This document shows positions 13,158 through 26,139 of a DNA stretch of 64,000 bases, in pieces. Origin of the DNA: Cirrosporium novae-zelandiae (lineage: Eukaryota); NCBI GenBank assembly GCA_026023565.1, contig JAPETS010000009.1:620001-684000 (forward strand). Reading direction: 5' to 3'. A program made the position numbers and the translations under genes. The notes under the pieces are model-generated. The model was given only the letters and a program-made list of their open reading frames with translations. It ran no database searches and was not told where the DNA came from. Numbering within the stretch: the stretch's first letter is position 1; every line of letters starts with the position of its first letter.

Positions 13158-14720
13158 TTAAAATGCAGACACCATCTTGGAACTTAGGTTTGTTCCAGTA
13201 CTGGGGTCATTCCCTAACCCACTAGCCAGTTGTTCTAATCGTCCAGCAAGTACGCGGTGCCTTCGGACGACCTCTATCCATTCTTCATTCTCCATAGTAT
13301 TCTCGTTCTCGTACTCATCCTCATCCTCATCCTCATCCTCATCCTCATCCTCATCCTCATCCTCATCCTCATCTGATGCCATCGGATCTTCCAACAAAGC
13401 CAAGTCCATACTGAAATCACCACCAAGTCTGCCCAGACTTCCAGCACAATACAGTACCTGAGTCATTAAACTCTCCCGGGAACTTTGATCCTGGATATTT
13501 GGTAGATATTCTTTCAGTGTCATCCGAAGAAGATCGACTAAGTGTAAAGGGAATGTTGCAAGGGCAGAAGGAAGCTTTTGGAGGTTCATCTTATTTGCAT
13601 CTTGATCATGAAGCTGTGAACCGCCTATTCTCGAGCTATTTGAGTGTTCTGTGAAGACATGTCCATTCGTTACTCGATCCAAGTCTTCCGAGTCTGATGG
13701 GAAGATACTTTTGAAAAGGGATACTATTGCGAAACTCTGCTCCCGGAATATCTCGATATATTTTTTGAGATATCGTTCTGTTTGCTGGCCTGTAGGGCTC
13801 CCGTTTTTCCTCTGTACACCGGCTTCTTCTTGCTGCTTCTCCTCTCTTCGTACCCTTGATTCTTGGTCGGCTAATTCTCGCAATGGCTCTAACGCCTCCA
13901 ACATAGATAAAAGATTGCCTAGACGACAGACCAGGAATAACGCTCCCAAGTCACCTTCATTCTCTGTACGTTTGAGAGCGTCTTGACTTTTAGTCGTAAG
14001 TTCTGGAGCCACACGTCTCAAGAGCCCGATAGTTCTCATTGCTGGGGGTAAACGCATGCCTTGAACTCGTAAACTTGCAATGAGATTTGTTGTCATCTCA
14101 CGCATAGAATCTTCAGCTTGTAGAGCAACATCTTGAATTAGTTTTGAGTCCGGATAGAATATCTGAAGTCTTCGAATATGAGCTTGCACATCAAGAGCAG
14201 AGGAATAATTTGCTCCGGACCCTAGCCCAGAACCGAGGGAAGATGTCGAAGAGGAGACGGCTGATGCTAAGAGCGTAGGTAGCTCCAATATATCTGATAA
14301 ACGGTCCACATTTCTATTTAGGAGGATAGCCTTTTTTCGTCGGTCTAGTATTGGATTGTCTCCGGATTTACTATAAGTCGAAGAGAAACGAACAGCTGCA
14401 TCATCAAGTTGTGGTAGGTACTGGCTCAGTGCCTCAACATCTTTACCGAATTTTGGGAGAGAATCCTTCAAAGTTGCAAGAGAGTCAAAAGCAGAAACAA
14501 TGTTCTTATGCGAGCGATTTGATAAGCCTTGAAGATTAACGAGCACAGAGTGTGATGTTTGACCGAGAGACTGGGGTTCTGAGGCTGTCAAGGAGGATAA
14601 TTGAAGGGTTGGAAGCCGACTTAAATATTTGAATGTGATAGGATCTTGAGCTGAAAGTCCTGAACTTGCTGAAGATGGCTTGATATAAGGAGCAAGTAGC
14701 TCATATAGAGGATCAGCCAT
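13158..14720 (-). CDS. COG8: Conserved oligomeric Golgi complex subunit 8 (Dor1 family)
   Basis: Intronless ORF from ATG 14720 (MADPLYELL). Motifs DILELPTLL, NYSSALD, LPPAMRTIGLLRR, YLKKYIEIFREQSF and LMTQVLYCAGSLGRLGGDF. Confidence 0.92.
   Translation of the reverse strand: MADPLYELLAPYIKPSSASSGLSAQDPITFKYLSRLPTLQLSSLTASEPQSLGQTSHSVLVNLQGLSNRSHKNIVSAFDSLATLKDSLPKFGKDVEALSQYLPQLDDAAVRFSSTYSKSGDNPILDRRKKAILLNRNVDRLSDILELPTLLASAVSSSTSSLGSGLGSGANYSSALDVQAHIRRLQIFYPDSKLIQDVALQAEDSMREMTTNLIASLRVQGMRLPPAMRTIGLLRRVAPELTTKSQDALKRTENEGDLGALFLVCRLGNLLSMLEALEPLRELADQESRVRREEKQQEEAGVQRKNGSPTGQQTERYLKKYIEIFREQSFAIVSLFKSIFPSDSEDLDRVTNGHVFTEHSNSSRIGGSQLHDQDANKMNLQKLPSALATFPLHLVDLLRMTLKEYLPNIQDQSSRESLMTQVLYCAGSLGRLGGDFSMDLALLEDPMASDEDEDEDEDEDEDEDEDEDEYENENTMENEEWIEVVRRHRVLAGRLEQLASGLGNDPSTGTNLSSKMVSAF
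13316..13372 (-). repeat. (GAGGAT)n hexamer microsatellite encoding an Asp/Glu tract in COG8
   Basis: About 9 perfect tcatcc units on the plus strand. Confidence 0.9.
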
Positions 14721-15111
14721 GCTCGTTAATTTGACCAACTTCCATGGCCAGACTAAATATCGAATACCTAGACAATTGCTTAGGTAACTTATATAAAGGA
14801 CAGGAATTATTTTACGGTAATACCGTATCGTATTGTATGGACCAGGCTAGCCCTGTAAGTTTATCTCCAAGTTTGGAAATTTTAGGATAAGGCTACGAAG
14901 AACATGTGATCTCGATAACCAAGCTTTGGTTGGGAACAGTTCTACTCGAGTAGCATTTATCACAACAATTACATATTTGAACTTACAGACGCTCTTTACA
15001 CCATGCTACTTCCCACAGGATGTTAATATAAAGCGACTATTCCTAATGTTCAATGTGCTCTAAATCCTTCCAGAGATCGCGGCGCACGCCCCGACATTAA
15101 TCTTTCTCACA

Positions 15112-18100
15112 ATGGACGCTCCTCACTCTCTCCAAATGCGGAAACCAAAGGTGAGTGCAACGACTTCATGTTTCTTTCTGACGTTCTCTAGCTAACTGCT
15201 AAAAGTTTTTCTTAGAAGATACCGTAGCTCTCAAGAGTGATCCTTCAAGGATAGGAGTGGTGGACGTAAGTCCATGTACTCAAGAAGAGGACGGGAAAGT
15301 TGTCTAACGAGTGACTAGAGGACCTGGCATGATGTATGCAATCTACGACTCTCATGGGCCTCCTATATATTTTCACGGCTATCTTCGGTGAAGCTGACCG
15401 ATAATTGAAGGTAGATGATCCGGGGCCATCCCCAGACACCTACATTCGAAAACTTGCCTGTACACCCCGTCGAGTCCTAGACGATTTCGTCGTCTCCGGC
15501 ATTGTGAGTCCTCAGCTAGCACGCACTGCCTCACGCATGTCTAACCTTATCTATTATCTTAGCCTGCACGAGGATTTGTTTTCGTTACTTTCGCCGATCC
15601 TCGCTATGGAAGCTCCGTGGTTCCTGAAACCGAGCTGACACTCGTCGATCGATCTCTATGTTTTGGCGACGTCGTCAAACGAAATCCCAATAATGAGATG
15701 AGCGGCACAGTTATTCAATCAACCATGACCTGCACGCTACAACCTGTTTTCCCCGGATCGCCATTCGCCAGACCTCACCTTCCAGAGATTGAAAGCGAAC
15801 ACAGTCGGCCAGCGTCACCAGCTTCGCCCGGAATGAGAACATCAATGTCATCAGGCATGAGAACACCCGGATCATCTAACACCAGCGCTCCAGGATCACC
15901 AGGAGTGCGGAGAGGTGATGCTCAAGATGATATGATAGCCTCACCATTAAACCCAAAATCCACCATGTTAAACATGGTTTCTAGTGAAGAATTGCGGCTC
16001 ACGACAGATCTGGATATGGGTTCATATATTCTATATCAAAATTGGTTAGGCTTCGTTGTAGACGTATTTGAGGAGGTGACGGTGCGGCTAAGCAATGGGA
16101 GCGTTGTCTGCGTTGCCGATCCAATGGAGTTGGAAATACCTATGGAGCCTCACGAAGGCACGACTACATTGCAATCAAACAGTAACGGGAACTACTGGAA
16201 GACAATCGTTGCAGAACGGTACTATCCTGGCTTGTATGTCGTGACCAAAAAAGGAAATCTCCGAAGAGGGCGTTGGATATTTGGATCCTACAATCCCTCA
16301 ATCCTTCCGGAAGGATATATCGTACAAGCCAGGGCTATAGAAGTTGAGGTCAGATGGCTTCATTATAATCTATTTTCGAATGGCACAAACCAGGCGATCC
16401 CCGCAGAACCTCCACCTTTTTTGAATACTGACATTTTGGAGAGTGATGAACTAACAATTTATGATAAAACAAAGCATCCAGATAAAAGTATGTCTAACGA
16501 GACGACATTTGACCCTGCTGGAGGCTTTGACTACGCAGTTGGTGATTATGTTCGATTTAAGGATATAACTGGTGCAACGCTTAAATACAGCTCTAAACCA
16601 AACTATTTCAAACGTATCCCTAGGACGGAAACGCTGGGATATGACATGAATGTACTTAGAGTCCTTTCAACAAGTTCGACCGTCACCGTACAGTGGCAAG
16701 ATAAGACTCGAACAGAAGAAAGAAGCGTGAATTTGGTACCCTATCTAGTAGTTGGCGATGAAGATGTCTGGCCGGGAGAGTTGGTCATACTTAAGAGTGA
16801 ATCTAAAAGCCACGATGATCCTGAAGGCAATGGCTTCGAGTCAGTATGGCCTCAAAAGATTGGAGTAGTACAGTCTACGAACACCCAGGAACGGATAACA
16901 AGTATAAAATGGTTCGAAAACCCCAGGGTACAGTTAGTTGGACAGGATTTGCAAACTCTTATGCCGGGATCAGTCTTAGGAAAGCTGTCTGAGAAAGAGG
17001 AGGAAATATCAATATATGATTTACTTACTCCTCCTGCTCTTACCAAACGACGAGGGGATCTTGCTTTCTTCATTCCAGAACATATCGCAATTGTTAAACC
17101 TGATTCCTCTGAAGCGGTTAGATCGAGTATGTCTAATGGTGGCTCAGGGATAGCACCAATGTTTGATTCCGCTTCTGAATCTCAGGTGCATGAGTCATTA
17201 GGGAATCTTGTCGACACAGCTCGCTCTCGGTTTTCCCAGCCAAGGCAGTCGACTTCCCAGCCAGTTAGCATGCAACCCCAAAATCATTCAGAGGTTGAAC
17301 CAGGCAACTTTCTGATTAATCCAATAGAATTAAGAAATGCGGTACTTTTTAAGACGTCATCCTTTCCTTCTCTAGGAGAGTGTTTCGGTGAAATTATCGA
17401 CCTTGGATTAGACGGAAAAGTTACTATTAGGCTAGCGGCTGCTAAACCGTGTCGAGATATTCGAATTTTCGTGGATCGAATATATATGACAATTGAGGAT
17501 GATCCAGCGGAAGCCGACACCGATGTTTCAGATGAAGATGAGGACATGACTGATGGCTACGATGATGAACACCAGTCATCCTATGAAGCCTTTTCGATGA
17601 TACCCGGAGACAGACAAGTGAAAGAAACAATAGAATATGAAGGAGGATCGCGCATTGCTGGAGATGGAGAAGAGGAGGACTGGATGACAGACGAAGAGTC
17701 GAATGACGAGAAGTATTTAGATGTACATATGGAAGACACGTCTATCAGTGACCCTCCTCCGGATGAGCATCCAAGTTCTCCCCTAGGTTCGAGCCCTATA
17801 GCGAAGCCCTCATCACTAGAAGAGCCTCTCTCTGAATTTGCTGCCCATGCGCCTCCACGTTTTTTGATGCTTGACGGACTCCCTAAAGACCATCGCTTCC
17901 TTGACCAAACACAAACCCTCAACAGCCAATTATTACGGCGCTTACACAAGGAACACCAAATACTGGAATCTTCGACCCCAGAAGGTATCTTCATCCGAAC
18001 CTGGGAAGGCCGCATGGACCTCCTACGGTGTCTCATTGTTGGTCCGAGAAATACCCCGTACGAAATGGCTCCTTTTGTCGTAGACTTCTTCTTTGGGTCC

Positions 18101-19101
18101 GACTTTCCTACAGGACCACCGAAAGCATTTTTCCATTCGTGGACAAACGGGTTCGGACGTATTAATCCTAACCTTTACGAGGACGGAAAGATTTGCCTCA
18201 GCTTACTGAATACGTTTCCCGGCGACGGCGAGAATGAAAAATGGTCAACCAAGTCTACGATGCTGCAGGTTGTCGTCAGCTTGATGGGATTGGTGCTTGT
18301 TAAGGAACCCTTCTATAGTGAGTTATCCCCTACGGTCAATTTTCTTCCATTTCAACTTTCAACCTTGACGGAGCTCCCCTTCGGCCCATCATTTTACCGG
18401 AATTCGATCCGAGAACCACATATCCATGTCAAGGCCCAAAACTCCCTCCTACGTAGTTTTGGTGCTACACACAAGATATGACAAAACTTCTCCAAATACC
18501 AACCCCAATCCAAATCCAAATCCAAGCCCAAAAGCAAAAATCAACACTAACTAACATCTCCACCCCACAACCAGACGAAGCTGGCTTCGAAGTCCTCACC
18601 TCCCTTGAAGGCTCCCAAGTCTCATCAGACCAATACACAGAAAAAACATTCATTTCCTCCAAAGGATTCGTCACACACGCTCTCACGCACCTCGTCGACG
18701 GCCTCGACGATATCATAATCTGGCTTTACCTCCCCAGGAAACAGGATCAGACCCCAGGACCACAGTTGCTGAGGAAGGTAATTGAGGAGGCCAAAGAGGC
18801 GGTCGAGAGGAGCGGTGAGGGATGCAAGGAAGCGGAAGCGGAGGCGGAAGCGGGGAAAGAGAACAAGATCGAGAATGAAAAACATTCGTTTCCGAGAATC
18901 AGTAGAGGTGGGCGCATGTTGCTGGGAAGGCATATCGGGGATTTAGAGAAAATCTGGGATGAGGAAATGGCTAAAGCTGCTGTTACAGTTACGGCTACAG
19001 CTACGGATACGGTTACAGTTCCAGCAGCAGAAGCAGCAGCAACAGGTGACACCACAGATGTGCCATCATTATCATCAGCACCAGCTCCAGAAGCCGGCTG
19101 A
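15112..19101 (+). CDS. UBE2O-like large ubiquitin-conjugating (E2/E3 hybrid) enzyme, ~1160 aa; exons 15112-15150, 15206-15265, 15319-15333, 15411-15503, 15563-18317, 18575-19101
   Basis: C-terminal UBC domain: RMDLLRCLIVGPRNTPYE...RINPNLYEDGKICLSLLNT...GLVLVKEPFY|NEAGF. UBE2O-like N-terminal blocks LVDRSL.GDVVK and VTVQWQD. Exon lengths total 3489 nt and stay in frame. Confidence 0.9.
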
Positions 19102-19999
19102 TGATGATAATCTGATAATAAAGAATGAATGAATGAATGAAATGGAACTAGATTTATACTTCTCCATCTTCTTCTTTCTTCATTTCCTTCTTCTTTATCT
19201 TGTGTGTGTATCTCTCCCTCTCTGTCCCATGCATGATTCCTCCTTGTCTTGATTGAAAATCTACATTAGCGAAACGAGCAGTAAGGGCGCTGATGACTTA
19301 TTCATTCCTATTACCATTAATATAGAACGCGGGGAGTGGAGGGGGGATGGGGTAACATTTGAAAGCCCCCATTCCCATTTATTTAATTTCCTATGATTTC
19401 CCTTTTGGGCTTTTTTGTTTCTTGTTTTTGTTTTTGGTAATAGACATAGTGCGTGTGTTGTGTGTGTTAAGAAGGCAAGCAAGTTAATATAGATATATAA
19501 TAATAATCATATGGATATAGGTATGAATAGCTGCTAATAATTTGGTATTGGTTAGCTGGATGCGGAAGAAGAGGATTTAATATATAAATAAGTAGTCTCT
19601 AAAAACTATTTGTTCTAGATATAATATCTTCTATTGTATTCTTGTTTTGTGTTTTTTTTGGTTTTTTCATTCAAATTCATGCATGCACTTCTGTCCTTGT
19701 CTCTTGTCCTCCTATCTGGACAAATAGACAGACCAGACCATTTTGCCTCCTGTTCCCCCCAACCCCATCTCGTTTGAGTTACATATAGTATCCATGCTAT
19801 CCCCATATTCATATTCATGAGACGCGAATATTGATCATTTCCATCCATCCAGTGCAAGACCAATAAAAAAACCAAAGGAGAAAAAAAATAACGATACTTT
19901 GGCTTTCCAACTTTCAGCCAAGAAAAGGGCATATCGTACTCGTACTCATGCTCATGCTACGGCACCCACAGAGAAAGCACAAACTACTGGCAATTCCAC

Positions 20000-21889
20000 C
20001 TAATAAACGCTTTCTCTAACACTTCCTTCCTTCTTCTCTTCCCTCTCCAGCTCTCGCTCCACCATTTCATACGCCTCGTCTGTGGTTCTTTCTTCCTCTT
20101 CTTCAGGCGTGCTTGGTGTACTGCTAGTACTAGCAATACTCTGCAACGATTTCCTCTTCGACTCTTGATCCCCTAGCGCGTCTGCCTGCGCTCCAATAGC
20201 CATTCCGCTTCCCACTAATAACTGGCCGTCAGCGGTAATAGTTGTAATTGTGTTGAGGTTGAGACTTCGAGATTGCTTTTGCTGCTTATTGTCAGTTGGG
20301 GATTGGCAGTCGCTATCTTCACAAGAGGATGCGGAGGATGGAACACCGGATGCGGAGCCGCCGCCGTCGCGGCCGCCAAGACTTTCTCGGTTTTCGGAGG
20401 AGGTGGGGATAAATGGTGAGGGGGTGCCGTCGGGGAGACGATCGGAGGGTGTGATGTAGCTTGGAGTTCCATCTGGGGAGGAAATTATCTCCTCTACGGT
20501 TGATTTTCGAAGGTCGAGGGATAGGCCTGGGATGTTCAACCGGCTTCGGGTGTCGGTTTCTTCTTGTCGTGTGCCTAGGCGGCCTCGAGGGTCGTCTTCG
20601 TCTTCGCTTGGAAGGAAGTGTTCAGTGTGCGGTTTTGTGGTCGTTAATGGTTGCTGTTGTTGCTGTTGGCTAGCATGTTCATCTCGAGTCAAGTCGGCAG
20701 TGTTTTGTCGGCGTGTAGATCGTCTTGTACTAGGGTATTTGTGATTACAGCCATCGGGGCATCCACCCCACCTCTTGCGAAATGGATGGGAGGCGGGGTT
20801 TTCAGGACAAGACTTCAAAGGCTGTGTAGGGCCATTGCAAAGTGCGGCTTGAGCCTGGCGTTCACGGCGAAGCTCTGACCATGTGCGGAGGTGATTTTCA
20901 AGCAGATATTTCCCACTTTCGGGTTGTTTCGTCATAACAACGAATTCACAGTGATTTATATTCCGGAGGTCTTCGAAGTATTCAACTGTAAAGTGGTACC
21001 ATTTCATCAAGAAAACGCGAGTCATGAGGCCATGCGTAACCAGCACGCAGACGGAAGCAAAGTCATCTTCGCCAAAGTACCTCCAAAGTGATTCGTTGAA
21101 GCCAGAAATCCGATCGTAAGCATCAGCAGCGGATTCACCATTAGGTATTCGGTAAAAGAAATGGCCATAGTCTGCACGTTCCTGCCACATACGTTCCATT
21201 TCGGCTGAGCATGGTTGGAAATTTCCGAAGTCTTGCTCACGAAGACGAGGTTCTTCGTAAACTTTGATGGATTGACGCTGGAATGGAGAAGGCGAAGGGT
21301 CGTCAGACGTTAAGGATTCCAGGATTCCTAGTATAGATGAATATAGTTCTTATTTGGGAGTTTCTGAAGAGGAAGACGGTGGTACCTTCAGTTGTTTCTC
21401 TTGTCCTCCGATAAGGGCTTGTGAAGAAGTGGAGGGTATCATCGGGTTTGAGTAAACCTCGCAATCTCTTGCCTGCTTCTCTGGCCTGGGATAGTGTTAG
21501 AATGCATTTTCGCGGCCATGACTCAAAGGGGGCGATGCTACCTGTTTCTGACCCTCTTGGGTTAATTTTACCCGATGATCGGGTACTGTCTGATGTATAT
21601 CACGGTTTTCTAATTGTGAATCCAATAGTATGAGCATGGATTCCTGGCTATATAATATGATTCGGAGGAGTGCTCAACGGGAGCTCTGCCAGCATGTGCA
21701 TTGTGCTTCTCCCCCGTCGACCATTTCTCAGGTTGGCGGTGATCGAAGGTGCCATACTGTTTCCTTCTGATTGCGCATGGCGAATCAGTATTATCATCTA
21801 TTGTAGGAGACAACAGATCAGCATTGTGTCATTCGGGTCAAGGGGGATATTCTCAGGGTTGTGGGGGAATTTACTCGAGGTTTCCCCAT
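20000..21889 (-). CDS. DET1: Histidine phosphatase/phosphoglycerate mutase family protein, DET1-like; multi-exon
   Basis: Spliced translation: MGKPR|MIILIRHAQSEGN|KNRDIHQTVPDHRVKLT...FFTSPYRRTRET...EEPRLREQDFGNFQ...YGHFFYRIPNGESAADAYDR...LVTHGL. Both catalytic His motifs are present. Confidence 0.88.
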
Positions 21890-22873
21890 ATTGTGTATGA
21901 AAATACCACCACGTGCCTATGACCTTGGATGATTCGAAGAAGGAAGTTTAAGGCTTGACTATATTCAGAGGGAATTGTATCGATTTCAGGCTGAAAGAGT
22001 TCAAGGTTGAATAGAAGAGGCAAGAAGGTTGAAAATAGTTCAACGGCTGAATGGGTTGAGGATTTAACATCTGATAATGAATTTCCCTTGTACCTTGAAA
22101 ATGGATCAAGGGTACGTCAATGACATGGCTAATATCCCTGACATGGTTGGGGGGAGGGAAGAGGAGGAAGGCTTGAAGGCTGATAAGCCGGTGCAATTCG
22201 GAGAAAGCCGGGTTTATATGTCAAATTGTAGAAAGGAGGGTAACGGAGAATTTAGAAACTTCAAACAAAAGTCAATCAAGGATCCAAGGAACTTGTTTTT
22301 TCTTTTTCTTTTTTCTTTTTTCTTTTTTCCAAGAAATTTGAGTTTATTAAGTTGAATAATAATTAAAATAATTATACGTTGTAATAACAAAGTACTTGGA
22401 TTAGTTAGTGTCTGGTCTGTATCTTTCACGTGTTGGAAACCAGGATTCAGGAACAAAGTTACAGTAAAAGCGGATGGAACCAATTGTGCACCTAACTAAG
22501 TCCCTAAGTACCTATAGGTAGGTCCTCTAAGGGACTCCATCTCTGCCCTGCCAGCCAGCCATCTACTCGAGTATTCTCAACTCACCCATTCACCACTCGC
22601 CATTCATCATTTATCATTCGTGGTCGCATTTCTTCCACCCTTCCCAGATCACCGTCTCTCCAAAAAACCCCCATTTAGCCTTTTGGACACCTAAGACATA
22701 CTTAAACTTCATAAAATCGCTCTATTTTGGTACTTGACGGAAAATCTGCATAAACTAAATAATCCCGCTACTCTCCATTCCCCTCCCCGACTTTCCCTTT
22801 GATCCACAGGCCACACACATACACACACATACACACACACACACACACCCGCTGGACACTCACACACACGACC

Positions 22874-23488
22874 ATGGCAGATCTTAAACCCACCGCTAAA
22901 GACCGCATCTCCAATCGGCCAACCAAGCGACGTGCTCTAACACCTACCTCTGCCCAGGCTTCTGAGGTTGAAGCTCTCTTCGCAAAGCCAGATCGTGATA
23001 TTCAAATTCCCAGTTCCACCGACAACAAATCGCGCACTCTCCCTCCACCTCCAGAAATAGTAGCCAATGTACAAGGTTCAAGTGCGGGGGCGGGCTCCGG
23101 CGAGTTCCATGTTTACAAAGCATCGCGCCGACGCGAGTATGAACGTCTGAGATTGATGGATGAGGAGGTGAAGAAGGAGAAGGAGGACGCCGAATTCATG
23201 AAAAACCAGATAGAAATGAAGGCAAAGGATGAAGCCAAAACAAATAAGAATAAGGCTAAACGGGAGAAAGCAAAAGCCAGAAAGCAACAGTCCAAAGCCA
23301 AAGGCGGAGAGAACCAAAGGAGCCATGCAACCGAGGCGAAAGGCGGTAAAATGGATCCGCCAAATAATTCTACTACTGCACCGAAAAATGCTTCTATCAC
23401 CGCCTCCACCCCAACAAATGATACTACTACAGATGGCCCTGCCACTGCTGATACTGAGACGGGCGTGGTTATCCATGACGACGACTGA
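22874..23488 (+). CDS. PRKRIP1: PRKR-interacting protein 1 (DUF1168), spliceosome-associated
   Basis: Signature VANVQGSSAGAGSGEFHVYKASRRREYERL followed by a Lys/Glu coiled coil. ATG at 22874 follows a CA-rich leader. Confidence 0.9.
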   Translation: MADLKPTAKDRISNRPTKRRALTPTSAQASEVEALFAKPDRDIQIPSSTDNKSRTLPPPPEIVANVQGSSAGAGSGEFHVYKASRRREYERLRLMDEEVKKEKEDAEFMKNQIEMKAKDEAKTNKNKAKREKAKARKQQSKAKGGENQRSHATEAKGGKMDPPNNSTTAPKNASITASTPTNDTTTDGPATADTETGVVIHDDD

Positions 23489-23708
23489 ATGGCCAGCAAG
23501 TATTGGTTGACACATTACACATTTCTTCATGAACAAGTAGATCTCGTTATACGCAGATCCTTCTTTCTTTTAATCTAAAAGGTTGTCTGAATATGCCCAA
23601 CACTTTTTTTTGTGCCCGCTAAGTCCTATATCAGGGAATGCCAGCGCTGAGGTGATCATTAGATACCAAGCTTTGGTACACGCTGAAGTCGTCAAAGGGA
23701 TCGCCTCT

Positions 23709-25585
23709 TTATTCCTCTCCTCCACCCATGTTTCCACCGGCCTGCTTAGCAGATTTCGCACTGCAGATATCGTCGACCCGGAGGAGAAGACATGCTGACT
23801 GGAGGAGGATTAGCAATTTGTAATATTATAATCGAGTTGGAATGGTTAGATGCACATACCTCAACAGCAGTCTTAATACTCTGCAACTTTACCGCTTCAG
23901 GCTCCCAAATACCAAAGCTCTTCATATCCACTAGTGTTCCTTTATCTCCATCAACACCCCAAGTGCTTCCACCCTCTGCATGTTTAGCCCGTAATTGTGT
24001 CAGCACTCGAATTGGGCTGCTTCCAGCATTTTGGATCAGCGTCCTGGGAATAACCTCCATAGCATCTGCAACTGCCTTATAGGGCCATTGTTGCACGCCT
24101 TGTACTGACTTGGCTTTCTGCGATAATCGTACAGCAACGGCCATCTCGGTAGCACCTCCACCAGGAGATAGACGAGGGTGGAACATGACGTTGCGGGCAA
24201 CCGACATGGCATCTTGTAAATTTCTTTCAATCTCATTGAGTATGTCTTTCGAGGGACCACGAAGAAGAATTGTGCATGCCTTGGGAGTCGTGCACTTGGT
24301 AAGGAAGGTGAAATATTCATCTCCAATCTTTTCAATCTCGAACAGGCCGCATTTGGTACCAACATCAGATTCTTGGAGATCATCTACCCTGTTGACAATG
24401 GTGGCACCGGTTGCTCGCGCTATTCTGTTGTTGTCTGTCTTTCGCACTCGACGGAGTGCAGTCACATTTTGCTTGACAAAAAAGTGTTGTGCAAGGTCTA
24501 TATATGTCAGCTAAAAATCGAAGGAAGGGGGAAATGCTAACCTGATACGCCCTTTTCAGTGATAACTAGATCTGGTTTCAAGGCCAAGATAGTATCGCAC
24601 ATAGCCTTCACCTGTTCCTCTTCAATTTGTAGTATACGATTCCAATCATCCTCCTTGCTGATTTCAATGTTGGTTTGAGATTCACCCTTCTTGTACTCTA
24701 AAGGACAGTCCAGTAATATGATTCGAGGATTCTCTATTTTCCTTCGCATCTTGGGGTGTGTGATATCCTTGTTTAGCATAATACCATCCAAAACCTGACT
24801 ATCCTCAATTTCCCCACCTGGAACCTTCTCCACTCGAGCATATCTCTTGATGTCAACTTCCTTCTTACCTCCACCGGCTTCAAATGAAACAGTTCGTACT
24901 GCTTTGAGGGCCAAGCTGCACATAAGTTCTGACCATCTTGAAACAAATTTTGTGCCAATAGAGGCCGAAATGAGTCCGTACATAGCTTTATCGTCGTCAA
25001 TATTGACAGGTGCAGATATTTCTTCGATAATTTCCAGGGCATCTGCAAGGGCATGTTTGAAAGCTTGGATAATGACGACAGGATGGATATTTCGTTCTAG
25101 CTGGGGCAAGGCCTGAGCCAGCATCTCTCCAGCTATATCAAGTCAGTTTCTTTGGCTCTTCTAAGGTGGGGATCGTCCCATACCCAATATAATAACCGTT
25201 GTAGTCCCATCTCCAACTTCCTCATCTTGAGCTCGACTTAATTCAATCATGCTTTTTGCTGCGGGGTGGGCGACCTCAATTTCTCTAAGGATGGCATGTC
25301 CATCATTTGTAAGAACTATTCCCCCCATAGGATCGAGTAGCATCTTGAGCATAGCTTTGGGACCGAGACATGATCGTATTATATCGGCAACTCTATCCTT
25401 GGATATCAGAATAAATCTAGGGAGGTTTGGGAGAACCAGACATACGTCTTCGCAGCTGTGATATTTGATAATTGTGCTTTGCGCCCAACTTGTCTATCAC
25501 CCTGCTGGGTGTCTAAAGCTGTCAGCGAATAGTGAATGAATTGTATGCAGAATTACTCACTCATTACTATAACGGGAGCCTGCAT
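23709..25585 (-). CDS. CCT3: T-complex protein 1 subunit gamma (CCT/TRiC chaperonin); multi-exon
   Basis: Spliced translation: MQAPVIVM|NTQQGDRQVGRKAQLSNI...CLGPKAMLKMLLDPMGGIVLTNDG...EVGDGTTTVII...KDITHPKMRR...LEYKKGESQTNIEI...LLLRVDDI. Stop at 23711-23709. Confidence 0.97.
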
Positions 25586-26139
25586 CTTGAGTTATGGGGT
25601 TTATTCCAAAAGCTTGAAGTCTTGATGCAATTCTCGCACTTGAGGTGGAAATGTTTCTGGCAGAAATGGTTTACCGTACAGTACAAAAGTTTGATACGGT
25701 ATTCTAGGCGAACGTTTGCTGGACAACATTACATGTCTAACCTTATCTATAATTTTATATACACAGTATGATAACATACCTACATCCATAATTTACATTT
25801 AACTACTATATACATACCTAGGTAATATAGATAAGTTCATCAGGTGAAGTACCATATGGTTAGGGCTACTAATACGATTATTAATAAAAGATCTTTTAAA
25901 ACTGTACTCTTTACTTTCAAGAAATTTTAATAAGCGAATATGTTATTGATGTACAGAAACTAATTGCCGGCTTCATCAATATCTTCTACCTTGGTTAACT
26001 GTATAGATCGAGTATCTCCTGAACTTTTACTATATAAATTCTTTATAATTTTAAGATATGTATTATGCGTTGAATAGTTAAGTCGCGCCAACCTAGCATT
26101 TGGTATCATATTATAAATCCGACTTTTCTGGTGTTATTA

